Source of the DNA: Phyllobates terribilis
Lineage: Eukaryota
NCBI RefSeq assembly: GCF_046119375.1
Contig: NW_027362761.1
Span: 253,022,001-253,086,000, forward strand
Direction: 5' to 3'
Length of the DNA: 64,000 nt
Shown here: one piece after another, positions 12,066 through 24,135 of the stretch
Layout: each line of letters begins with the position of its first letter
How positions within the stretch are numbered: position 1 is the stretch's first letter
Notes under the pieces: model-generated
Databases searched by the model: none
The model's input: only the letters and a program-made list of their open reading frames with translations
What the model was told of the DNA's origin: nothing
Made by a program: the position numbers and the translations under genes

Positions 12066-15000
12066 GTAAAGCTCTAGGGATCTGTGTTTTCATAGGCAAG
12101 GATGGTTGTTGTAGTGCTAGAGTAAATGCATATAATGACATGGCTGGATTAAAATTCTTTGGGGAGGATGAGAAGCAGGGCACCACCCTCAAAAGAGGGA
12201 ATTCTGATTTTAAGCAGGAACATGATGATCTCGTAATATTTTGTAACCTCAAACTCCATTACTGCCTTCACTGTTTACTTGCACCCCTGTAGCATATTCT
12301 TGGAACACTAAGGGCAAAATGTATTATTTATGTAAAGAGTAACTCGTTTAAAGGGAACCTGTCACATGAAAAAAATGCTATTAATCTACAGGTTAATAGC
12401 GTTCTGAACCTGCCCAGTCTCAGGGGCGGCTCCGGCACTTGTAGCTCCGCTGTCCGGAGGAAGTTAACTTTACTCCTACCGGTAGCTTTCAGGTTTCAGT
12501 CACGTGGGTGACACTTGCGCGGTTTCAGTCACTGCTCTGTGCATGGAGAGCAGCAGCTGTAAACAACCCCCTTCCCCAGGCCCTGACTGACAGCTTGCTC
12601 AGCATTAGGGCTGACTGTCAGTCTGTGATGGGGATGCGGTTACAGCCACCACTCTCTAGACACAGAGCGGTGACTGAAAACCGAATGCTACCAGGAGGGA
12701 TAACGTTTGTTTCCTCCCAGCAGTAGGGCTCTTTGTGCTGGCCCTGGGCAGGTTCAGAACGCTATTAACCTGCAGAATAACCCCATATCTGCAGGTTAAT
12801 AGCGATTTTTCACATGACCGGTTCCCTCAAAACTTATAAATCCTAAATCATTAGTACACATGAAATTAAGAAACTTTAATATATCCCAGAGAAATCTGCT
12901 TCTTTCTCCTCCAGGATTGATCTGTCACTCTCAATTCAGGTGTAAAATCTGTTTTCAGTAAAGATAGATTTTACCATTACCGAGATAGGAGATGACAGTT
13001 GGTGAAAGTAGGATCTAGAAGCTGATAGAGACTTTCTGTTGCAAGTTCTCCTGGAACAAGGCACAATTCTCCATAGAACTTCATGAGCACCAATTGTCAT
13101 ATCCTAAACCAGTAATAGGAAAATCTGTATTCGCTGAATACAGATTTTACCAGTGAATTGTTAATTTTGAGAATGAATGAGGAGAAAGGAGCAGATTTTT
13201 CTGATTAGATATATTATAAAGTTTCTTATTTTCATGTGTACTATTAGTTAGTGGAAACACAACATTAAATATGTTTTGCTGAAATGCATGCATTTTTTGG
13301 CTGAAAGACATTTTACAGTTTGGTTTTAACACCTTTGCATCATTTTGCCTTTACAGGCTCTTTATTTCCCTGCACATGGCTTGATGCCTAATTAACCGAG
13401 AATCCATCAGTCATCTAATTTGTAAATTTAAATATCTTTTTCTGAGCTCCTCTCTGCTGGCTTGTGACCAAAAAGTTTACCAGCACCACTCCAGTGTTTT
13501 TGTTTTTTTTTTTTCCAGCGCTGCAGTGGCAATTTAAATATAAGTCCCCTGGTCACATACTCGCCTTCCAGTATCTTAATGGATTTTTTCGTTGCCGCTC
13601 CTGTCCCACAGCGCCATCTTGTGACCGCTGTTTCTGACTTGCCGGAAGTCAGAAGCTATATCACAAGCTCTCAATACAAGTCTATGAGAGCCAGAACAGG
13701 GCTCTCATAGACTTGTATTGAAAAGTGACCTATGCGCAGTTCCATGAAACACTGGAGCAGCCTGCTGGTCACTTCACCAGAGACCAACCGGAGCAACGCT
13801 GGATGAAGATGGCGGCAGGTGAGTATCAGACAAGGGGCAGGGAAATTGTATTATAAGCACCACTCCAGTGGTGCAATAAAAAACCCACTGGAGTGGTGCT
13901 TTAACTTTGATGCATTCTGTGGTCATTAGGCTGCGTGCCCACGTTGCGTATTACAAGCGTATATGCTGCGCAATTTCCGCAGCGTAAACGCTTGTAAAAC
14001 GCATGTATATCCGCACCCCATGGTCCCCAATGGCATTCCGCAATGTCAGTGCCCATGCTGCGGATTTTTCCGCAGTGTATATGCTGCGGTCAAAAATCCG
14101 CAGCATGTTCATTAATTTTGCGGAAGCGCAGCGGAATCAATGTGCGGATGGTACCCAAGTCTGGATCAGAGGAGACTCTCATCCAGACCTGGGTACCAAA
14201 GAACCTGTAAAAAAAAGAAAAAATAAAGTTTATACTTATCTTCTGATGTTTTCCAGGTGTTTTCCCGCTGTTGTGTGAAGGACCTGCCACGTCATTGACC
14301 CATCACATGACTCAATGACGTCACCGCAGGTCCTGCACACAACAGCGTGAGCCGCTCAAGACTCCGGACGGGGCAGAGAATGCATCGGTAGGTGAGTATA
14401 AACTTTATTTTTTTATTTTTTACCATTCTGATTCTTTTTTTTTTTAACTATTACTTGGTCACACTATATAAATCCATGCCGGTTGCATGGATTTACATAG
14501 TGTGAACAAGTTGTCAAGCACTTTTCCAAGTGATGCTTAAATCACTTGGAGAAGTGCTTGATAACCCGCATGCGGAAATGCACGCAAAGACGCCTCACAA
14601 ACGCTTCTACCTGGCGGGAAAACCGCATGTAAAATCCGCATGCGATTTTCCCACCAGGGAGAAGCGTAAAAAATATGCTTCAGTTCCGCAACGTGGGCAC
14701 ATAGCCTTAATCAACACATAAGAACACAGAAAAAGACAGGTAAGCGTTACAAGCTACCTGTCAGACAGAGTTGACTGATGAATCTTAGTCCCCCACCCCA
14801 TATATGTGCATTGACAGCTTTGGTTTTATTGAGCCAGAGAAGGGTGGAGATGGGTGGAAAGGTGCACTGAACTTTTTGGCCATGCCAAGGGTGCACCGAG
14901 TGGTTGTACTTGGTTTGAACAGTCATTCTGAGCTGATTGACTACTTTTAACTTTTCTGCAGCCAGCAATAGACAGTACAACACCGTGGCTATAGAGGGCA

Positions 15001-18000
15001 AACTGCAAAAGTTTTAACAAAACCTAAATGCAAAAATAGTTTGTATGCCAAAATACATGCATTTAAGTAACAAAAAATCCCCCAATGGTGTCATATCTTT
15101 AAAAAACTGTATAACTTTTTATTTTATGCCCTATTTGGATCTATTTCTTAACGAACTGGACAACACATTTAATTTATATTATAACACTTGGTGCTTGTAA
15201 ATTTTAGGAATGATTTTTAAAATGTGCAAATTCATTGTATTAACCCAGGAAACTCTGATTCACATCAGTTCTGTTTTCTAGGTACTTTGGCCATGTAGCT
15301 ACTTGGATTTGCTAGCCCTGTATTACCCTTCTTTTTTAGTTTTCTGTTTTTCTGCTTTATTTTAGGCCCAACTGGCAGTGGAAAAACGACTTTCATCAGT
15401 GAATATGCTCTGGACTTGTGTATGCAGGGGGTTAACACCTTATGGGGGAGTTTTGAACTGAACAATATCCGCCTGGCGAGAGTAATGCTGACCCAGTTCT
15501 CTCTGCTGCGTTTGGAGGAGCAGCTAGACAAGTACGACGAGTGGGCAGATCAGTTTGAAGAGCTGCCTCTTTTCTTCATGACTTTTCATGGGGAGCAAAA
15601 TATAAAGTAAGTTATCAGCAACTTGACATGTACAAAAATAAATGGAGGGGTACAAGTAGGGCCTTTATTAATAATTTAAAAAAAAAGTGCAAACAAATGA
15701 GTCTCGCCTATAGCATCCATCAGTTTTTGATTTCTCTTAACATAATTGCAAGCGATAATTTGGTTGCTATAGGCAACACTGACACTATTGTTAGAACAGT
15801 TCTTGCACACAAAGCACATTGGGGCAGGCTAATGTAAACTGTCTAAAAGAAAAACAACCAATCACAGCAAAGTTTTAATTTTACCATATCTGTTTAAAGG
15901 GGTATTCCCATCTCCAAGATTCTATCCCAATATGTAGTATGTGTAATAATATTAGCATTTACCTCCAATTAGAAATGCAGTACAGTTTTTCTGACTCGCT
16001 ATGTCTCTTTCCTTACGTGCAGGCATTGCAGGATCTTGGGTATCCATGGTTATGGCCACTAGCAACTAGCTAACTCACTAGATCAGTGGTCATAACCATG
16101 TATACCCAAGGTCCTGCGATGCCTACACATGAGGAAAGAGACATAGCGAATCAGAAAAACTGTACTGCATTTCTAATTGGAGGGATTTGCTAATATTATT
16201 ATTATCATTACACCTACTACATATTGAGATAGGATCTTGGAGATGGGGATACCCCTTCCACTGCTTGCTGATCACCTAGCGTCTGTCCAGTCTGCATGTG
16301 ACTCTGCAAGGACATTTTAGAATACCACTGCATAGTCAGAGGCTGCATGGCTAGAGGTAGGAGCTAGCTTTCAAAGACGCTCCCCAAAGAGAAGGTAGAG
16401 ATGGTTTATCACTATCTCTGCCTTCTTGATTGCTTAATGCTCATCACTGAATGATCTTTGTGTAGACCGTTTTGGAAGCGCTAATATCTCTTCCTCCTCC
16501 CATCCTAGAAATCATGTGATTGCTGGGTATCAGCAGGGAGTTGATGCTGCTGGGTTTTAGTAGACCCAGATCATAAGGGCAGTGTAATAAAGAAGCTGAA
16601 TTTGTCCTGTAACTGGGAATAATATGCCAGCCCCAGTAACATGAGAAATCTGCAATTACATTAAACATTTAAATTTCCTCAAAGTTCTTTTATGACCTTA
16701 TGAGGGGGCACAATCTCAGAAAAAAAATAAAGTAGGAAAAGGAAAAAAAAATAAAACAAAATCCTGGATGGAGCACACATACGCCTGCTCAACCTCAACT
16801 TTTTTCATTGTCTATGGGACCGTTGAGGACAGTGCTCAGCTATCACTGGCAGTCCCTTACACCATAAATGAGGTGGAGGTTGAGCATATTCACCTCCACT
16901 TCATTCAAGATGGGGCTGCAGAACATGGGTCTCAGGATCGTCGAGGGGGAAAAGATAAGGGTGATGGGGTGGCCCTTTATTGTTGTAAAAAGATATAATT
17001 AAAAAATGTGAAAAATAGCTAAATGAGACACAGCATATCTGTAATTCCTGGGAAGAAAATTCAGAGATGACAAGCAATATAGCTGCACTTCCTGTTGGCA
17101 TTTATGCAAAAAAAAAAAAAACCTGGTGTAAGAATGCAAAAAGATGCTAAATAAATGACAATGAAGGGACTCTGTCAGCACAAAATGACTGTTCAAGCCA
17201 AGTACAGGCACTCTGTGCATCACGGCGGGGCCTATCATTTCAGTGTGTACCTTCCCACCTGCTTGGTTTCCATCTATCTCCACCCTTATCTGGCTCTATG
17301 AAGCCAGAGCTGTCAATCAAAGAAGAGAGGGGGGTGGAGATTGAGTGAAAACTAATATGTGGGAATATAAATGATTGGCCCCGCCGTGAAGCACCGAGCG
17401 GCGACTTAGTTTGATCAGTCATTCTGTGCTGGCAGAGTCCCTTTAAAACACAGTAGATAAGTCTCATTTTTTAAATTTCTTTTCCACCCCATTTAGGTCT
17501 GTGATTACAACCATGCAGCACGCGGTGTATATGTACGACATTAACCACGTTCTCATCGATAATCTGCAGTTCATGATGGGCCAGGAGCATCTCTTTTCAG
17601 ATAAGTAAGGACAAGTTATCACATGTTGCATTATTAGTTTGGTACAAAAATTGTCTTTGGAACATGTCACAAATATCATTTTGATGAATTATGAACATTC
17701 CCCTCTTTTAAAAAAAACTCTTATAAAAATCCATATAGTTGTAACGCACTATATTGGGTTGATTTTCTTTTTACAGCTTCCTCCACAGTAGTCGCACAGC
17801 TTTCCCAAAGGCCAAAGTGCCTAGTTATATAGTAATGCCTATATGGCTATTTCCTATTCTGAGTATTTTCTCCTTCATCTGTCTTGCAAATTCTGCTTAG
17901 TTTGTTCAACTCCTAGAGGACCTGTTCCAGGTCAGAAGTGGCAGTTTTTTTGCTCCTGTTTTATTCATGCTGCTCCCATGATTATGCAGGTTTTTTTTTC

Positions 18001-21000
18001 CTTTTATTTTAGGCTGCTGTGAGGTTTTTAATGTTTAAGATTCTGCACCTATTAGGTTGCTTGTGTTTTTCTTCATTGCATTTTTGAGTGGGTTTTTTAC
18101 ATGCCGTTTATAGCATTATTGATGTTGTGGTTTTTGTCTCTTTGGTATGTCATGTTTTACATAAAACTACTTTGTTTTTTATACTGATATTTTGCTTTTT
18201 CAAAACTTTATTAATAGTCATGTGTGGATTCCAAATCGGAAACACACTTTTAAAGCATATATGGTTTATACCTTCAGATTTTTCACATCTAATGTAATTC
18301 TATGGTGAAAATCCACACACAAAACTCGACGTACCCCCAAGTTAAGCTAATATGTTGTGGATTTCAAACACATCACAGGTCAGTTTACCCTGAGTAAAAG
18401 AAAATCAGTGGGCATGAGATTTCTATAATCCCGTCCACATAGCTGAAACTGTAAGATGCTGCGTTTTTCCCGAGAAGAAAATGCACAATGTTAAAAACTC
18501 TCCAAAAACTCATCATGGAAAATTAACCTTAAAATACGCCAAACGGCTCCAGAGATATGGGGGTCTTTATGTAGTGCTAATTTTTATGATCTTTTCCAAA
18601 GAGGCATGGCTCACAAAGTAATTATGCAGAGCATCCAATAGACCTGCCCCCTTGGAAAGACCATTAAAAATCAGCTCTAAAGGCCTATATCTCTGAAACT
18701 GTATGGCGGGTTAAAAAACAAAAATAAATACAAAATGCAAGACTCAGGGGAGCAGTGGGAATAAAATAAGAGCAAAATCTGGCCACTTTAGACTTGGTGA
18801 CAAGGTGGTGAATGCCATATTATAAAACTTGTAGTCTTATCCATTTCTTTACACGTTCTGCTGACATCAGACACTTTATTCCATGACCATGTATTTTCTT
18901 GACTTGCATTGCTTTTTCTTAAATGTCCCTCTCCATTTTAAATAGTTGCCGTCTCTTTATGACTTTCCCTTTCCCAGACAATAGCAATTCTGGAGCTTTT
19001 TTTATTTATTTTTTGCAGAATTCTGCATTGTGCCATTGCTTTATTGTTCCTCCTGAAATATGTTTTAATACACTTCTCAAAAAAATAAAGGGAACACTCA
19101 AATAACACATCCTAGATCTGAATGAATGAAATATTCTCATTGAATACTTTGTTCTGTACAAAGTTGAATGTGCTGACAACAAAATCACACAAAAATAATC
19201 AATGGAAATCAAATTTATTAACCAATGGAGGCCTGGATTTACAGTCACCCCCAAAATTAAAGTGGAAAAACACACTACAGGCTGATCCAACTTTGATGTA
19301 ATGTCCTTGAAACAAGTCAAAATGAGGCTCAGTTTTGTGTGTGGCCTCCACGTGCCTGTATGATCTCCCTACAACGCCTGGGCATGCTCCTGATGAGGTA
19401 GCGGATGGTCTCCTGTGGGATCTCCTCCAGGATGGCACATCAATGCGAGCTGTGGCAAGAAGGTTTGCTGTGTCCGTCAGCGTAGTGTCCAGAGGCTGGA
19501 GGCGCTACCAGGAGACAGGTCAGTACACCAGGAGACGTGGAGGGGGCTGTAGGAGGGCAACAACCCAGCAGCAGGACCGCTACCTCTGCCTTTGTGCAAA
19601 TGGTTAGAAACCGACTCCATGAGGGTGGTATGCGGGCCCGACGTCCACAGATGGGGGTTGTGCTCACAGCCCAACATCATGCAGGATGCTTGGCATTTGC
19701 CACAGAACACCAGGATTGGCAAAGTCGCCACTGGCGCCCTGTGCTCTTCATAGATGAAAGCAGGTTCACACTAAGCACATGTGACAGTCTGGAGACGCCG
19801 TGGAGAGCGATCTGCTGCCTGCATTGAAGCTATGGATTGGCCCGCCGGTTCCCCAGACCTGAATCCCATTGAGCACATCTGGGACATCATTTCTCGATCC
19901 ATCCACCAACATCACGCTGCACCACAGACTGTACAGGAGTTGGCGGATGCTTTAGTCCAGATCTGGGAGGAGATCCCACAGGAGACCATCCGCAACCTCA
20001 TCAGGAGCATGCCCAGGCATTGTAGGGAGGTCATACAGGCACGTGGAGGCCACACACAATACTGAGCCTCATTTTGACTTGTTTTAAGGACATTACATCA
20101 AAGTTGGATCAGCCTGTAGTGTGTTTTTCCACTTTAATTTTGGGGGTGACTCCAAATCCAGGCCTCCATTGGTTAATAAATTTGATTTCCATTGATGATT
20201 TTTGTGTGATTTTGCTGTCAGCACATTCAGCTTTGTACAGAACAAAGTATTCAATGAGAATATTTCATTCATTCAGATCTAGGATGTGTTATTTGAGTGT
20301 TCCCTTTATTTTTTTGAGCAGTGTACATTAACAATTGGGTGTTACCATACACTATGATTGATATGTCAAGAAGCCAACTGGTCCACTTTATATTCTAACA
20401 TTCCTTCTAACTGAAATTCTGCAAATTCTGATGGTATGGAATAGAAAAAGACTGTTAGAGTATTCACGTGGCTAAAAAAAAAAAATAGTAATTTTGTTTT
20501 CCGCTAGCATAATAACTGCCAGTCTTCCTGAACCTATTCTGCTTTGGATGTAATGGACTCGTATTGTATTCTAAAGGTTCTCAAAACGCAATGAATGGTG
20601 ACTTCTATTGTACAATGGATTTGTCACTAGAATGTTGGACATCATAGTATAGGGGGTGGTCTGTTCTTCTCAATAATTTGAGACTGACAGATTCATGAGT
20701 GCAGTACTTTCTTCACCATCTTAACAGGAAGGATTGTGCACACAGATTTTCTCGTACGAGTATGTTATATGGTTTTCACGGATGGCACTGGTACTTATAT
20801 TCTCTGGGACTGTGCATTGGTGACATGTCCAATTTTGATCAAAAGGAGCCCCGAATATTGAGTGCATTTACTGAAAATACATTTCAGTAGGCCAACATTT
20901 CGGATTTTAAAAACCTTTTTCAAGCTGTTATAAAGTATTCTAATTTACTGAGATAATGACTTTTGTGTTTTCATTGGCTGTAAGCCATAATCATCAACAT

Positions 21001-24000
21001 TAACAGAAATAAACACTTGAAATAGATCACTCTGTTTGTAATGACTCTATATAATATATGAGTTTCACTTTTGTATTGAAGAACTGAAATTAACTTTTTG
21101 ATATTCTAATTTAGTGAGATGCACCTGTATATTCTCTGGGGCTGTGCATCGGTGACATGTCCAATTTTGATCTAAGTGTTCTGATAAAAATTGATAATGT
21201 AAGTCTATTGGTCCACAAAATGCATTGCACCACACTCTGACAGAAAGGACAAGGTGGAGAAAATTTTTTTTTTTTTTTGTTTAATGTGCGAGAAACTGAT
21301 GTCGCTCTAATCAAAGTCTGATCAGAATAATCGGTCCATTTTCACATATGTGGAGAAATCAGTCATGTGAGCCTACCCTAATGCAAAGCAGCCACCTGCC
21401 AATCGCTGCCCGGACAGGCTGGGGAGTGCTCCTTTGTGCACCAAAATCAGACTTTGGGGGAAACTTTTTAAAAGTGTCTAAAAGAAAAACTGTTTTGTTT
21501 TCCCAGAAACCAATCAAAGAGCTGCTTTAATTTCTGACAGTACTCTAAATTATTTGCTCTGTGATTGGTTGATATTGGCAAGAAAAGACTTTCTCTGTTA
21601 GACAGTTTTCTTAAATCTGCCTCATGTCCAGTGTGTTCTGACTGCTCTGATCAGCTAAAGGACAATAGCTGGTTGTCCCCACACTGTGCTGTCCTTGCAT
21701 CGTAAAGTAAGAGCGAACAACCTGACAATCATGAAATGGGCTACTCCGAAAGCTTTCTTCCATGGCAATGACCGTTTCCGCACTCCGGTAAAAAGGTCAC
21801 TTTTTAGATATATCTGTGCCTGTATAATGCAAAGGTGGGACTTATTTCATTTCTTATTCAGATTTGCAGTGCAGGACCACATTATTGGGGCATTTAGGAA
21901 ATTTGCCACTGAAAATGGCTGCCATGTGACTTTGGTCATTCATCCCCGGAAAGAAGATGATGACAAGGAATTACAAACTTCCTCTATTTTTGGCTCTGCA
22001 AAAGTAAGTTGATAATCCATTCCTGACCTCCTAGTTCTCACTTGTCACTTTGCATTATTCCATCTTTCATTTGTCAGCTGTCCACAAGTAGAGAAGTGTT
22101 CAGTATCAGTAATGGAATGGCCGCCTGAGCCAATGTTGGGACAGAATGTATCTGACTCCCTAAGGCACAGAAGCTTAACTAGTCACAAATCACCGCTGTG
22201 CCTGAATGAAGCAGAGCTAAATAGACGCCACACAGCAAGATCTATGGGAAAAGGAATGAAAGATCATTCCCTGTAGGTACTTATTTGCCTAGTTCACATG
22301 CAATTACACATTTTCCTGAAGGGCCAGTGTATCACACGTACATGTTTCTTTGTGGAATGCCTCTGCTGTAAAGTATAGGCCACTATTTCTCTCAGTACAG
22401 CTATAAAAAAAAAAAATATATATACTGGCACATATACCCTGTATATATGTGCCAAATGCCAAAAAGATTTGTAAAGACAGCTATTCCGTACTTTATACTA
22501 ATCATCAGTACCCAAGGGGCAGGTCTATATCATCACCTTTAAGATGGGTTAACACGAACATCTGAATTCTTTGACTTCTCAACTTTCAGATGTTTGCGCT
22601 GCTCAGCATTGCGAACCTGTGTAGGCGCTGCCGGAGATAAAACAAGCAATGTTTTGTCAAGAAAAGGGATCAGAATATGGCATGCTAGGTGTTTTTTTTT
22701 TTTGTTTTTTTTTTTTTTTTAATTACACATACTTTAATGTGGGAAAATTTGCTCATGACCCAAAAGTCATCTGTGCCCAGTCACCTTCTGTGTTTCGCAA
22801 TTGTTTTTTTTACTCCTGTTCTAGGAACAGAGAAACGGAATTCATGCATGAATCTGATATAAAAGGGGTGCAAATGGCACTAGAAGTCCCCATTGATTAT
22901 AATGGTGTCCTATTGGATTCCAATGTGGTGTCTTACGTTGTCTGAAAAACTTGCAGCATGTAGAGTTACTTGCATTCATTGTGAAACAGATCTGTGCATC
23001 TTCATGACTTAGGTTTCTCTGTTCCTACAATAAGTGAGAAACATAATTACGAACCTCGGGTATCAACAGTGCTCAACTTGTAAAGGGCTGATCAGTATAT
23101 ATATTGCACTAGCTATGAGGGACACCACTGCTCTCAGTATATCGAATATTATGGGTCTTTAGACTGTAAAATGATGTATAGTAGGGTGATCTGTTCTCTA
23201 TTCCATATAACTGGATTTGTAAGGCCAGGAATCTGCACATACAGTGGCTGATACTCAAGTGGATGGAAGGGAGACCCTGTGTCCTGTGCTCCCCTCCCCA
23301 CCTCTCCAATCTCTTGTTGATTTCATCCAAGCATTTTAATGAAAAGTTGGAGCTTCAGAGACTGAGTAGTTGAACATGGCACTGGTTCCCTGCATGAGGC
23401 TGGTGATCAAAAGCAATGACTTGGATATAGAATGGAGCCATGAGGTGAAGGGTAACAGGGAGACTACTATTAAGATGGCCCGGCTAGAAAGTGGAGATGG
23501 AGTTAACTTATAAAACCTCCTTCTGCTCCTTGCTTCTTCCTGGATTGCCCTGTCACATAGAGCTGCAGTGATTAAAAGTTCATGCCATGGCGGGGTGGGG
23601 AGTTAAAATAAAGTTTTCGACTCATTGCAAAATCAGAGTTGTTGGAAATTTGAAATGGCTAGTCAAATCTGATTAATTGTCCAGCCCTACTTTGAGGTAC
23701 ATGAGTGCCTATGGCAATGGCCTAGTATCTGATCCTCTCTTTTTAGAATAATATCTAACACCTATATTGGCATAACATTTGTATATATTGCCAAACAGTG
23801 TTTTGCTACAGTTTCTTATATAAAAATAAATAAATAATTAACGTGAGATGTTCAGATGACCTAGGAGTGTTCTTTTTTTTCCATGATTCTAGGCCAGCCA
23901 AGAAGCTGATAATGTTCTCATCCTGCAAGACCGGAAGCTGGTTAGTGGCCAAGGGAAGAGACATTTACAGGTGTCTAAAAACCGCTTTGATGGAGATGTC

Positions 24001-24135
24001 GGGGTTTTTGCACTGGAATTTAACAAGTCCACACTGACTTTTACCTCCTCCAAAAGCAAGGCCAAAGTGAAGAAAGTTAGCAAAGAAAATGAGACGCCGG
24101 ACCCTCTTCCAGAAACACCTTCCAAAAAGAAATAA
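10799..24135 (+). CDS. TWNK: Twinkle mitochondrial DNA helicase (complete, 5 exons, 666 aa)
   Basis: join(10799-12065, 15366-15606, 17497-17604, 21862-22003, 23893-24135) = 2001 nt. Basic presequence-like N-terminus, primase-like region (FIDKTTG, YHNLFG, WLGDD), Walker [10 protein letters not shown] split by intron 1, Walker [19 protein letters not shown], arginine finger KNRFDG. Internal exon sizes 241/108/142 match recalled human TWNK. Confidence 0.98.
12352..12827. mobile_element. TTAA-type (T2/Kolobok-like) MITE
   Basis: TTAA|AGGGAACCTGTCACATGAAAA ... TTTTCACATGACCGGTTCCCT; internal inverted segments. Confidence 0.7.
12845..13250. mobile_element. Palindromic MITE-like element
   Basis: TAGTACACATGAAATTAAGAAACTTTA at the left mirrored by TAAAGTTTCTTATTTTCATGTGTACTA at the right; boundaries approximate. 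Confidence 0.6.
13482..13900. mobile_element. TTAA-type MITE
   Basis: AGCACCACTCCAG ... CTGGAGTGGTGCT|TTAA. Confidence 0.65.
13929..14706. mobile_element. PIF/Harbinger-type MITE
   Basis: TTA|GGCTGCGTGCCCACGTTGCG ... CGCAACGTGGGCACATAGCC|TTA; 3-bp TTA TSD; internal GCGG-rich repeats. Confidence 0.8.
15366..15606 (+). CDS. TWNK: TWNK exon 2
   Basis: ttAG|GCCCAACTGGCAGTGGAAAAACG (GPTGSGKTT)...EQNIK|GTAAGT. Confidence 0.97.
15898..16256. mobile_element. TTAA-type fold-back MITE
   Basis: TTAA|AGGGGTATTCCCATCTCCAAGA ... TCTTGGAGATGGGGATACCCCT; near-complete palindrome. Confidence 0.75.
17165..17442. mobile_element. TTAA-type MITE
   Basis: AGGGACTCTGTCAGCACAAAATGAC ... GTCATTCTGTGCTGGCAGAGTCCCT|TTAA; ends 54 bp before TWNK exon 3. 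Confidence 0.7.
17497..17604 (+). CDS. TWNK: TWNK exon 3
   Basis: [35 protein letters not shown]; AG/GT flanks. Confidence 0.97.
19071..20323 (+). mobile_element. Rearranged Tc1-like element with ~360-bp inverted arms (TWNK intron 3)
   Basis: TA flanks; termini CACT(G/T)CTCAAAAAAATAAAGGGAACAC; broken transposase pieces ([32 protein letters not shown]); left arm is the reverse complement of the element's 3' end. Confidence 0.92.
20870..21127. mobile_element. Tc1-like terminal fragment
   Basis: Ends ...TTCTAATTTAGTGAGATGCACCTG|TA, a Tc1-style end; AT-rich interior; no ORF. Confidence 0.5.
21862..22003 (+). CDS. TWNK: TWNK exon 4
   Basis: [47 protein letters not shown]|GTAAGT. Confidence 0.97.
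23893..24135 (+). CDS. TWNK: TWNK exon 5 (to stop)
   Basis: [50 protein letters not shown]...PSKKK*; TAA at 24133-24135. Confidence 0.97.
   Translation, partial: ASQEADNVLILQDRKLVSGQGKRHLQVSKNRFDGDVGVFALEFNKSTLTFTSSKSKAKVKKVSKENETPDPLPETPSKKK

Noticed and set aside
12066-12292. C-terminal 75 aa of the 497-aa ORF as part of Twinkle
   Set aside because: Lies after the GTAAAG donor; Walker A is only completed by splicing to 15366.
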